A stretch of DNA of 64,000 bases. Origin: Mayamaea pseudoterrestris (Eukaryota). Position numbers and translations under genes: made by a program. Positions 10,887-21,700 of the stretch are shown piece by piece (the stretch's first letter is position 1; each line of letters opens with the position of its first letter). A model generated the notes under the pieces. That model saw only the letters and a program-made list of their open reading frames with translations. It did no database searches and was not told where the DNA came from. The DNA lies in assembly GCA_027923505.1 (NCBI GenBank), contig BROI01000002.1, positions 868,001 through 932,000 of the forward strand, in the 5' to 3' direction.

Positions 10887-13071
10887 TCACGAGTTTGACA
10901 GCGAAAGAGAGTCTCCAGCGACACTGCATGGACCTTCACGCAAGCTATTAATGGCATCATTGTCAACTTCCTGGGCATTCACTGGTCGCAGCTCATTTAA
11001 TGACGCATCCGACAATGAAGCACGCTCCCTAACAGTACCAAGGGGTTGCTCGGTTTCCATTAGAAGTGAGATCGGCGCTGGAGGCAAGTCTGAAAGTGAT
11101 GCATGACGTCCGTTCATTATGGGCCGTTCAAAGCTTGTTTCGCCAATGAAGCGAGAGCTCAATGAAGGTTTCAGCTTTGGCATCAGTATAGCTGCTCTGG
11201 TTTTCTTAGGAGATCTGCCAGTAGCGTCGAATTCAACTTCATCATCGACAGATAGGACTTCTATTTCATCGCAAACGCTCAATTCGCTAAACTCGCTCTC
11301 ATCTTCCTCAAGCTGCCCAAGAGCTTGCATGGCAAGGTGAAGGTTCTCAACAACCAAGAATTGCTGTTCGGCCATGTCGGCAATGTGGTGTTCTAAATGC
11401 AGTACACGATCGTGAAGCTCCCCCTCCTCTCGTTTTTGCTCATCCTTCTCGTCTTGATGTTCAGTGACTTTAACAGCATCACAGACAACAGCAATGATAA
11501 GAGAGTACAGAATGAACGATGTTATAAGAAGGTAGCTTGAAAAGATGGCCCACGACCAAGGATAGGCGTCCCCGACTGTTGGGGAAAGCGCAATGGTTAG
11601 ACGATTTCCGTTCATTCATTTCCTATCCGAAAACGTAAAGCTTACCTTGCCTGGCAATATAAGCCCAGTTATCCAATGTAATACATTGAAACAGTGTGAA
11701 CAGTGACGCAAACAATGTCGAAAAATAATCTTCGTCAGTCAGACCTTCGGTAAAAAGAGTCTTGAAAAGGACAGTGCACATGACGGCATAAATGTACATG
11801 ATAAGTACCAGCAAAGCAACAATTCCTCCCATGCTTGGCGCTACTGCAAAAAGAGCAGTCAGTAGATTGCGAAGAACAGTTAGTCGGGTCACTAACCGCA
11901 GCGCCCGGAAAATTCGAAAGGCTCGAATGATTTGGAAACTGTCGAGTGCCCAGCTCAGCACAATGATACAAAAATCGAACAAGAGCCAGGCATCAAGAAA
12001 CAAGTGAACGCCATGAAAAGCCAGCTGCATCGCCAGTTCAAGCGTAAAGACCGAAAGGAAAACGTCATCGGCTACTTGGAAGGCGTAGCTCACCATGTTA
12101 TTGTCTTGTACAAAACCAAAGGTGGCAACGCCCATCATTATTGCGTTTATGACGATCAGACCAATCATGACAATTTGCACACGCTCATTGTTCACAAGCG
12201 CCCCGCTTACATCACGGAATCGCTGCAGCGCATTCGCACCTTCGTGCCACCAATTTCGAAGTTGCTGAGCGGGTCGTTGTCGCTTGGTCTTGTAGCTCGC
12301 CCTCTTGTTTCCGTTGCCTCCATTTTGTGCGTGAACTACAAATGCCGAAGATGGCTCGCCAAAGTACATGCTGGTTGATCCATCGACAGCACAAAAGGAA
12401 GCCCCGAAATCAACACTAGGATCTGGTTCGGTCGGCATGGACAGGTGCGTCAGAGGCGCCGAGCCTTCCGCATATTTGGATAAATCAATCGGCACGAAAC
12501 CTCCAATGCTAATGTCGTCATTAATCTTTTCCGTCCGATCATGCGCCAAAGACTCATGCGAAAAGGATAGGGTGCTTCGGTGACGCACCGCGTCACTGGA
12601 GGTGCTGTCGTCAATGTTTCCATTCGTCACTGTCGTTGCCGAAGTCCTTGCGCTCAGTCGCTTGGCTGTCATTTGTTTCAAACTGCGAATGGATGCTTTC
12701 GTGGAGTCGAATGAAAGTGATGGCCGACTCGATTGCTGCTTGCTTCCAAGAAAGCGTTTGGATGACGATGGTGAAATGGACGGCCTGAAATTGTTTTCTG
12801 CTACTGATTCACTCCGTAGTGACCTAAATGAGGTTTTCGGCTGATTTGGAAGGCTCCCTAGCGAGAAATGAGGCTTCTTCAGATCCGGGCGAAGCTCAGT
12901 CTGTATGTCTTGATGAGTTTGTTCCTGTCGTTTGGAGCTGTCTTTCTGGGGCGTCGGCGACTGCGGTCTAGGAGAGTCGCACCGAACGCAAGGTTCTTCC
13001 CCGGAAACTGCAGCTTCGTCATTACATATTTCGATGGAATTGTCAAGTATTCGCTCGTTTTTATCCGACAT
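10887..13071 (-). CDS. Single-domain (6-TM) voltage-gated Na+/Ca2+ channel, EukCatA-like, paralogue 1; intron 11576-11645
   Basis: S4 IRAFRIFRALRLVTR, pore FQCITLDNW, S6 YSLIIAVVCDAV, C-terminal coiled coil; 70-nt intron joins ARQ-VGDAYPW in frame. Confidence 0.9.
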
Positions 13072-13583
13072 TATAGAAGGTAGAAGATGGTCTCAAAGTA
13101 TCAAATTTGTTTGAAGGCGAGGACGAAATCTGACAGCTCGGACGCCCGAATAATGCCAGGCTCCCTCCGACAATTGTGAAGCCCTTCAATCTCTTTTTAA
13201 CGACAGTAGAAGTTTGCGTACAAGATCACCCCGACTCTGCCGCCTTGTGTATAATATAATGGTGGCGCGAGCTGCATTATTCGCCATCGTCGCTTGATCA
13301 GCTCGTTCTTTGACGTCATCCTGTGTTTTCAGTCATTACCGGTCATTGTTCTAACGACTATGATCGTTGCAGTAGACCAACGACGTCACTATGACTAAAG
13401 AACCACCGAAGTTCCGATCTCATTTTTCGATTAAAGCCTCAAGTACCGCAAAGACGCCTATTTGTTATAGCCCCACGACATGAACCGCTCCGTTTCGGCA
13501 GAGACTGTCACCATGGCGCGAGCGACACGAAAACAAGTTTGCCTCTCACTTACTGACCTCATTTCGCGTAAAGTTGCACAGCA
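13072..13583. promoter_or_regulatory. Putative bidirectional promoter between the two channel genes
   Basis: 512 bp between divergent start codons with no long ORF; activity is inferred only. Confidence 0.5.
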
Positions 13584-15270
13584 ATGAGTGGTTCGTCGAC
13601 TGCTCCTAATGATAGCTGCGATGACCGAGCGAGCAGCGTAACGTCGTTGGAAGACTCACTACAGCCCGAAGAACGAGGAGGCAATCTTCCAAATGTCGAA
13701 GCTGAGCCTGAACATTTTTTAAGCTACAAACACAAGGATGGAACGAATGAGAATACTACAAATGGAGACAATGAGCTAGCTTCTGTTGAAAGCTTATCTG
13801 CGCATAGTTCTGCTAGTGGCAAAGACAGAAGCTCTGATGGAAGCCATAGCACCTCAAAGGACAAGCTACTAAATGGCAATCATGTCCTGCAGCGCATTCC
13901 AAGGCGAATTTCAACGCAAAACTTCTCCTCAACTTCGTCATCCGTCAAGGACGACCCATTGCAGCATCGCCGCACCATGACGGAGATTCCCTCAACGCCG
14001 ACAAATACATCCTGGCCTAGCATGTTTCTTGAAAAATTCCAGCTCATGCGCTATCAATGCGGCATGTTCATCAACCATCCCAAAGTACAGCTTCTCATTG
14101 TTGCAATGATTGCAGTCAATGCATTGATGATGGGCATTGGAACGTTTGATTTTGTGGAAATGAATGCACAACTCAACTACGCGTTTGACAAGACGGACCA
14201 CGTGTTTTTGATCCTATTCACCATTGAACTTGGTCTGCAGTTTGTCTATCGCGGTTGGCGACTCATAAGTGATGGATGGCTGGTGTTTGATATGCTGGTC
14301 ATCATCATCTCGTGGACGTTTGACTCGTTCCAAATAATTCGAGCCTTTCGTGTCCTGAGGGCGCTGCGACTCATTACACGAATCAAGGTGATGCAGAATC
14401 TCGTCATTGGTAAGGCATATCGAACAACACTTTGCACGCTTAAATACATGTAATGTCGTCGCCTTACCCATTTCTTGCAATTGTAAAGCTCTTTTTGGCG
14501 TCGTGCCTCGCATGTTTGCCATTGGAATGCTGTTGATGCTCGTCTCGTACATTTTCGCTGTCATGCTCACGGAACTATTTCAAGACTCGTACGAAGACGG
14601 ATTGACGGAAATTAACTATTTTGGAAACCTGTTTCGGACCCTGTTTACCTTGTTCCAATTTATGGTGTGTATATGAAAAGCGCAGTGTAATTGTTTGCTG
14701 TCTGGACGAATACTCAACGACTTTCTCTCCCTTTGTTAGACCATGGATGACTGGGCTTCATCTGTGCGAGAATTATCAGTGGAATATCCTTGGGCCTGGT
14801 TCCCGATTGTGGTATTTGTTATCATTACAGCCTTTGTTGTTGTGAACCTCATTATTGCTGTCATTTGCGACGCTGTTTCGGCACTACACGACGACGAAAA
14901 GGCTAAGATTCACGGAACCTTTGAGTCCGACGAGGACCAAGACACCCAAGATGGATCGACTGCTAGCCGCTACAGTCTTCGAAAAGACTTGAATGCACAA
15001 CTTGATGGACTCGAAGAAAATGTTGGCGAACTCATGCGCATGCAGGAAGAAACAATGATTGCCTTGCGCAATTTGGCGGAATACATTGCTGAGAAGCAAC
15101 GACGAAAAAGCTCCAAAATGCGAAGATCGACAATTTCTACAAAGAAAAGCAATAACCCCGAGATATTGCTGACGAGTAGGCGAAGAAATGATCAAAAATC
15201 GACAAAGCAATCGACGAGTTCAAAAAACGCGCATCACGAAAACAGCTTCGGACGTAGGGGTAGTTTCTAA
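13584..15270 (+). CDS. Single-domain voltage-gated channel, EukCatA-like, paralogue 2; introns 14410-14488 and 14665-14739
   Basis: S4 IRAFRVLRALRLITR, spliced pore FQFM-TMDDW, S6 VVNLIIAVICDAV, C-terminal coiled coil. Confidence 0.9.
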
Positions 15271-15303
15271 AAAATTCATGTTAAGATATATTTTAGCAAG
15301 TAT

Positions 15304-16350
15304 CTATTCGTCATGTGCCGCTGATTCCTTTGTCAACACGACGATGTAGCAGAAATGGTCAGGATGAGCAAGCAATTCCCAAAGATCAGACACGCTAACG
15401 TTTAACGGCGGTTGTATGCCTTGTATTCTCCATCCAAGCACTCCTTCGGACGGTGCAACGTCTTGATCGTTATCGCTGGCACTTGCAAACAAATCGGGCA
15501 ACCAATCATGCAGAAGCATGCCAAGCGTCTGCACTGTTCCATCGTTCATACTCTTGCGACACGACCGCTGCATTGGAACTGTCGACGAGCCAACGTACAG
15601 GCGGACTGGTATTAAATGCTCCAACATTAACAGTGCGTTATTTTCCGCGTGAACACTGTCGTAGAGTCGCAAATTGGACGTGCCGACGGCATCCCACAGT
15701 TTCGAGTGCGACTCCTTGGTCACATTCATGGCAACCTTTTGCGATCCATGCTGCAGACAAAGGGCTTGCTTGAGTGAGTTCTTGTAGTAGTACTGCACTT
15801 GCGTCAAGACTTGTGTATCAAATGGGAGTATTTGACTGCTAGGGTAGGCTGTAAAATGGAGTTTTATCCGCCATGGAAGCGAATGATGGGGTGCCTTTTG
15901 ATCCCATAATGTTCCGACGAACACGTGCCAGCGAAGCGCCATTTGCGTCTCCTCGTCTTCAAACCAGCAGACTGGGTATTTCTGTTGTTGCTGTGTGGAG
16001 GTAGAGGTGGCATTGCTTGATGTGACGGATGACGACGCTGCACTTAGCGAGGAATTTACATGACTTGTAGCTTCATCTGTTTCATCATGATGCGACGAAC
16101 TCCCAATATCAGGTTCCTCCTGCACCATTCCCGACGCAAACGACAGTATGGAAGGAGCGAAGCGATGAAGCCTCATGACAGCTGATTCGAGTCCAATGTG
16201 CAGATAGGTTTGTCGCGACACGAGCGAGTGTATCGGATGCGGCATGGTTGGACTGGAGAGCGAGGATGGTGCTAATGAAAGTACAATGGGAATGGAACCG
16301 GCCCAGTTTAAAGATTGAATGGATTGCTGTGAATTGCTAGTATTGTTCAT
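15304..16350 (-). CDS. ATG5: Autophagy protein 5
   Basis: WAGSIPI, LRWHVFVGTLWD, LPWRIKLHF, NSLKQA (conjugation Lys region), HPDHFCYIVV; start placed at MNNTSN. Confidence 0.9.
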   Translation of the reverse strand: MNNTSNSQQSIQSLNWAGSIPIVLSLAPSSLSSPTMPHPIHSLVSRQTYLHIGLESAVMRLHRFAPSILSFASGMVQEEPDIGSSSHHDETDEATSHVNSSLSAASSSVTSSNATSTSTQQQQKYPVCWFEDEETQMALRWHVFVGTLWDQKAPHHSLPWRIKLHFTAYPSSQILPFDTQVLTQVQYYYKNSLKQALCLQHGSQKVAMNVTKESHSKLWDAVGTSNLRLYDSVHAENNALLMLEHLIPVRLYVGSSTVPMQRSCRKSMNDGTVQTLGMLLHDWLPDLFASASDNDQDVAPSEGVLGWRIQGIQPPLNVSVSDLWELLAHPDHFCYIVVLTKESAAHDE

Positions 16351-16564
16351 GGTATGCGGCAGTGCTGATTGTAAGTGAACCTGCACACCTTCGAAAGCAA
16401 CAAAGCAACATGGAAACAGCGTCGTTGCAAATCGCAAAACGTCTTCAGTGTCACACCATCACACGCTTGACGTCACGACGTTTCGAAATCCAAAAGCGTG
16501 ACGCTTTCACCATGGAAAGAATTTGAAGCAGCGCAGCAGCAGCAGAGACAAAACCTCCCTCGTC

Positions 16565-18652
16565 ATGGCGTACCCTGAAAATACGGCTGTGCCTGGAATA
16601 GTCACATCCTGCCAAGGACCAGCGCCTTGTCAATATTTGCTTTTGAAGCTGCAGCGACCGTCGCTGCAGGTGCCATGGGGGCTCACCTTGAGCATGTTTG
16701 ATGGATCAGTGGTACTACTTGGAAATGTCAACCAATTGGCCTTGTCGCGTTTGATGCTGGAGTCACATGAGAAACGCTGCCACTATAGTCCCTGCATATT
16801 TTGGAATCGAGCGAGTCATGTAGATGTTTCAACGTGGACGCGGTTTTTATCGTTGCAGCAGCAGCTACAAGGTTTATCAGCATATGCTACAAGTGTGAAC
16901 AGGAGCGCTTTTGGTGACAATGCGAGACTACTACATGAAACGTTACTCCCAGGCGACTGCATTATCGCAGTCAATGGATTTCGTGTCGTGGAGATTGCAA
17001 GATCGCTCAAGGAGCTGACCGACTACTTGCGACTGCAAACGTCGCTGTCGTTGCTCGTCTATCGCAATCCATGCGCCACGAGCGCTGCCAAGGCTGTCAA
17101 TGGAATGACTGCTACTCCGATCAATGTTTCTCAGGCGGCGTATCAAGCAATTCGCAAAGTCTATCCGCTTTTAGCTGCAGCAAAGCGACCAGTTGTTGTA
17201 ACACCCCCTCGAGGTCAACCTGGAACGAGCCGGCCATTCAAGCTACCCCCATTTCATCAAGTTCAGTACCTGAATCAACCATCGGCACCGCGGCAACTAT
17301 ATGTGACATCTCCAGCTCCGCCCATTTGCTACAGGAATCCCTTGTTTACGGATTCCGTGACTGGCAAGAATTTGCCATACGAGGACAATTGGGAGATTGA
17401 TAATTTCGTTCAAGAGGACGGCATGCAGGAGCACTTGTTCTTAAAACCTATTGATAACTATGCAGCGTGGCTGGAGAAACGAAAACGAACATGGAGGAAG
17501 CGGTATCGAGTATACGCGTTGGATGATGAGCCGCAGCATGACAGGGAAATAGTTGAGCGGCTTGCAACCAACGTGCCCATTGACTTTTGGACACGCCAAG
17601 GTTACAGCTCACTGCAGGAATGGATGGCAGTCTCCACTCGCAAATGGAAGCAATCCTACAGCTGGAACCAACGCAAGCGCCGCAAACTGGAGCACGATTG
17701 TGAGCAAATTGTTTCGCTTGACAATGGGAATTTTGTAGAATGGTTAAGCATCCGCAAGCATCAATGGCTGATTCTTCGGCGAGTGCGTTACCGCCAGCGC
17801 CTGGAGGAGCAGCACGTGGAGATGATGCATACACCGGAGGTGGATTTAGCTGGAATGTCGAGCAACCACGACATTGTCTTGGTAGACGCTCTATTGGAGG
17901 AGCAAGAGAAGAAGCAACGAGCTTTGAAGTCGCGTGACCCGTTGGACTTGCTCTTCTTTTTGGATGGAAAGAATGGAGTACCGGACGATGTTGTTGCACA
18001 CTCTATTCGGTATTTGGAACCTATGGAACGCCGGAACTTACTTGCTATTAGTCGCAAGACGAACCACGCGCTTTGTGCGCGCGAAGATGTATGGCGGCAG
18101 TTGTGTGAGTCACACTGGAAAATACCAAGGAGACCACGAAAGCCATGGCATGAAATTTACTTTACAACTTTACGACGGGAAACAGAAGGCTCGCGAATAA
18201 AAATCGATGCGCTTCTTGCAAACGCATCCGCTATATTACTAAAGGCAGACCACGTTCAAGCAATTGAAAAGCTCGTCAAAGAGGTGGAGAAAGACAAGAC
18301 GCTAGACTTTGTCAACTACAGCAGTGGCGTCGTCTGCGAGCGAAACTCACTGCTTAATTTGGCAGTTATTCACCGTCGTCACAAGACTGTTAAGTGGCTT
18401 TGCGAGAGAAAGGGCGCCGACATCGAGACTTCGGATCGTGGACAATTCACGCCGTTAATGAACGCTGCATGGGGTGGGGATCGTTACCTTGTTCGTTATT
18501 TTATGCATAGAGGTGCCGATCGATTCAAGATAGGAAGATGCCATTATACGAAGCCTTTAGCAGCACCAGATTTTAAAGGATTTGACGCTGCAGGCTGGGC
18601 AGAGCAACGCGGACACCCCGAAATTGCCAAACTCATTCGAATGGGTTTGTGA
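16565..18652 (+). CDS. Multidomain protein: PDZ-like N-terminus, Trp/Arg-rich repeats, F-box-like motif and ankyrin repeats
   Basis: PWGLTL and LLPGDCIIAVNG (PDZ-like); VPDDVVAHSIRYL...DVWRQLC (F-box-like); SLLNLAV, GADIE..D..FTPLMNAA (ankyrin). Confidence 0.7.
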   Translation: MAYPENTAVPGIVTSCQGPAPCQYLLLKLQRPSLQVPWGLTLSMFDGSVVLLGNVNQLALSRLMLESHEKRCHYSPCIFWNRASHVDVSTWTRFLSLQQQLQGLSAYATSVNRSAFGDNARLLHETLLPGDCIIAVNGFRVVEIARSLKELTDYLRLQTSLSLLVYRNPCATSAAKAVNGMTATPINVSQAAYQAIRKVYPLLAAAKRPVVVTPPRGQPGTSRPFKLPPFHQVQYLNQPSAPRQLYVTSPAPPICYRNPLFTDSVTGKNLPYEDNWEIDNFVQEDGMQEHLFLKPIDNYAAWLEKRKRTWRKRYRVYALDDEPQHDREIVERLATNVPIDFWTRQGYSSLQEWMAVSTRKWKQSYSWNQRKRRKLEHDCEQIVSLDNGNFVEWLSIRKHQWLILRRVRYRQRLEEQHVEMMHTPEVDLAGMSSNHDIVLVDALLEEQEKKQRALKSRDPLDLLFFLDGKNGVPDDVVAHSIRYLEPMERRNLLAISRKTNHALCAREDVWRQLCESHWKIPRRPRKPWHEIYFTTLRRETEGSRIKIDALLANASAILLKADHVQAIEKLVKEVEKDKTLDFVNYSSGVVCERNSLLNLAVIHRRHKTVKWLCERKGADIETSDRGQFTPLMNAAWGGDRYLVRYFMHRGADRFKIGRCHYTKPLAAPDFKGFDAAGWAEQRGHPEIAKLIRMGL

Positions 18653-18747
18653 ACGATCCAGAGCTTATTGATTGCGACATGGGCGCTATTGCAGGTTTTA
18701 TTAACAGTTTTTACTTTAGATGGCAGTCGATTCTTAATTTCTCGATT

Positions 18748-21700
18748 TTAAAATAGCTTACTTTTGCTGGAATATAGATCGGCCACCCGTAATCTTCGGT
18801 TCTTCGGTGGGCCAACAGACGTCGGGGACGAAGTTTGTTTGGACGACCTTCCGGTACATTCTTTCCTGCCATGCTTATCTAGCAGGGGTACTGATGGATG
18901 TTCAAGCTGGGAACGGCTGTATGAAAGACTCTCGTCGAACTTGGAAGACTTCAGCTTTGGTGCGCTCTGCTTCTTGGTATTGTCGCGTTTAACAGTGGCG
19001 ACAAGCTCTTGCTGTTTAGCAGTTTCGAAAAACGACGCGCTAAATGCTTCCCATTGTGGTTCTGTGTCTTCCAACTTTCCAAACGTAATATTTTCCGCCT
19101 TGGGCGTTACCGGCTGATTGTCAGTCGATAGAGTCGCTCTACCTCGCCGAATCGGAGTTTTGTGCAGCCATACGACTTCGTTGATTGAGTCCGCTCGATG
19201 CTTTGGTGCGCTGGCAGAGCGTGCTTCCGTTCTACTGTCCGTGTATGTTGTTGTCTCCTTACTCGTACCCTTGTCGGTGGCCAATAACGATACACCGGTA
19301 TTTATGTATTGAATGTCGTTTTTGGTTGTGAAATGCTCCCATGACTCGTTAGGCTTTCCTGGCGGAGCGCTGACGGATCTTGAAAGCAATGCATCAGTAT
19401 GCAGCTCGACGGCAGTAATCGAAGCAGATTGCTTTCGAGGCGGCGTGAAACTCTCCCAGGCGCCAGACGGCTCTACCGATAGTTCATTATCCACAAGCTT
19501 GAACGATCCTTCATTAGTCGCGTATGTGCTAAGCAGGTCGTCATCCGTTGGCGCATCTCTCGAGCTCTCCATCACATAGCAGTCTTTTGAAGAGCCCTCA
19601 ATGTAGTGCAATATGTAAGTGGAGTCATCCTCTTCAAGCACCGATAACGGGACGATATCGTCATCCTCTTTGCATTCTTTTTCAGCCGAGGAATAGTTTA
19701 GAACTAGTCTCTCCTCGTTACTGGATTCCAGGTAGCCGCTAACGATTTCATTGGTTGAAAACCTTTTCTCGTTGGCAAACTCTCCGTCATCCATATCGAT
19801 TTCCATGCAGGAAGTCTTAGCTACATGACTACCTTCCATTTCATCTTGAACAGGCGCTTGCACTGAAGTCACTTCATCCACAATAGCCTCATCGAAGGCA
19901 GAAAACTCCAAAGAAATGCGATCGTCTTCGCCTGAGAAGTCCGAAGTAAAGGTGCTTGTTGGAGCAGACATGAATGTCATGGCTGTCTCTTGTAAAGAAG
20001 AAAGCACGGTTTGAGAGAATGCAAATCCCGTATTCGATATGTAATCAGCAGCTGCGTCGTTGTTCTTAGCATCCAGCACTTCTTCTTTCACAGGCGGTAA
20101 GACAGTTATTGGCGATGGGACTGGCTGTGTAGGTGTTGCTTTTCTATTGGTTTTTGTGCGTCGCGCCTTTGCCTCAAGCTGAGTAACAAGGCTCTGATAC
20201 ATGCTGGGAAATCTTTGCCGACAAACAGATAGCACTTGAGCAGCTTTGCGTCTAGCCTTAGGCGATGCCTTTGATGAAGGAAAAACAGCATTGAATATCT
20301 TCTGTTCGTCGGGTGAGAGATCCTCCGTTCCTCCAGCGACGCTGTCTACATTGTCAATTGATCCACATAAACTGACTGTCCAAGATGGAGGAGTTGTCTG
20401 TCGAGATGTGATTTCGTTCCAAAGACTGTCAAAGAAGGCAACATCATAAATTAAAGTTTCAACTTCTGGGTCGCGATCTTCGAGAGGCTCATTCTGTTCC
20501 AAATGAGTCGACGTGCCAAACTCACCCGAGAGATGTTTTTCCGTCGTCCGGAGAAGTTCATCGCTCCCAACATTGCAATTCATCAGCTTAAGTAGGTCTT
20601 TAAAGGCGATGGAAGCAAACGATGGTCCAGATTCAGTGTCGGTTTCCAAGGTCGCGGCTGAGTACTCTAGTTTCTTCGCTGGTTCTGGACTCACTGTTGG
20701 CAGGTTTTCAACAGGTGGCGAACTGGGAGACACGGCTTCTTTGTTTCCAGAGTCGTCCTCGCCAAACGAAAGAAAACTGAAGAAAGACTTGACCAAACCA
20801 TTGGCTTCCTTGACGTCTGCTTGAGGGATTTCGAGTGTGTGTATGGTGTACGTATCGGAGGAATACGATGAATCGTCGGAGCTTGTGTACTCGTCTGGTG
20901 CAATGTGCTGAAACAAGTTATCTGACTTTACCGGCGATGATACCTGGAACGTAGGGTGTCCGATTGATAATTGCTTCTTCCCACGGGATGACAGCTTTTC
21001 TTTAGTCTGTTGCTCTCGCTGTTGCTGCAATTGAATTTTCTGCTTTGTGCTAAGACCAATATTCTGCGCAGCAGTCGGAACGGTCAGTCGGAGTTTCTTC
21101 TGCGCAAAAGAACGCTTGGACTTGGTAACTGGAGCTCTTAAAGCCTGACTTTGTGCATGTGTGTGAGGCGGACGTAAAGCAGACGTTTTAGAATGTTCTA
21201 AACCAGTCGTCGCTTGTAAATTATTCGTTTGCTCGAGTTCGTCTTTATCTGCTTCCAGCTCAAGCCCTTCGAAGATATCTTCTTCGTCGTCGTAGGTGTC
21301 TAAAGAATGCGGAGTGGAGACACAACTACTGTAGCCTTCCGTCGGAAGCGATGATTCGTTGTCCGTACCATATGAACTTCGAGTATATTCAACCGTACCT
21401 GATATGTCAGTGTCCGTTTGTGTATGTCCAGAGCTGCCGTGAATGCACACCTGTTTCGTGTTTCGATTGAATGGAATGACTCGTTCTAATGCAGCCACTA
21501 TTGAAGACACTTCCGCTTGATAAGTATTTGAGCTGGCAACTTCTCCACGAGGACGGCTTGATGAGTCGGTCGCAACGAACGCTCCGCGTTGCAAGCAATT
21601 TGCTGTAGAAAATCGTTTAGGAATCGCGGGCGGTGGTCGTTTGCTTTGAAAGGACTCCTTGTATGACGACGAATCGTGAGAAGTGAATGACTGATTATTG

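Noticed and set aside
15270..15304. Convergent stops only about 33 bp apart (channel 2 and ATG5)
   Set aside because: Overlapping 3' UTRs are ordinary in compact diatom genomes
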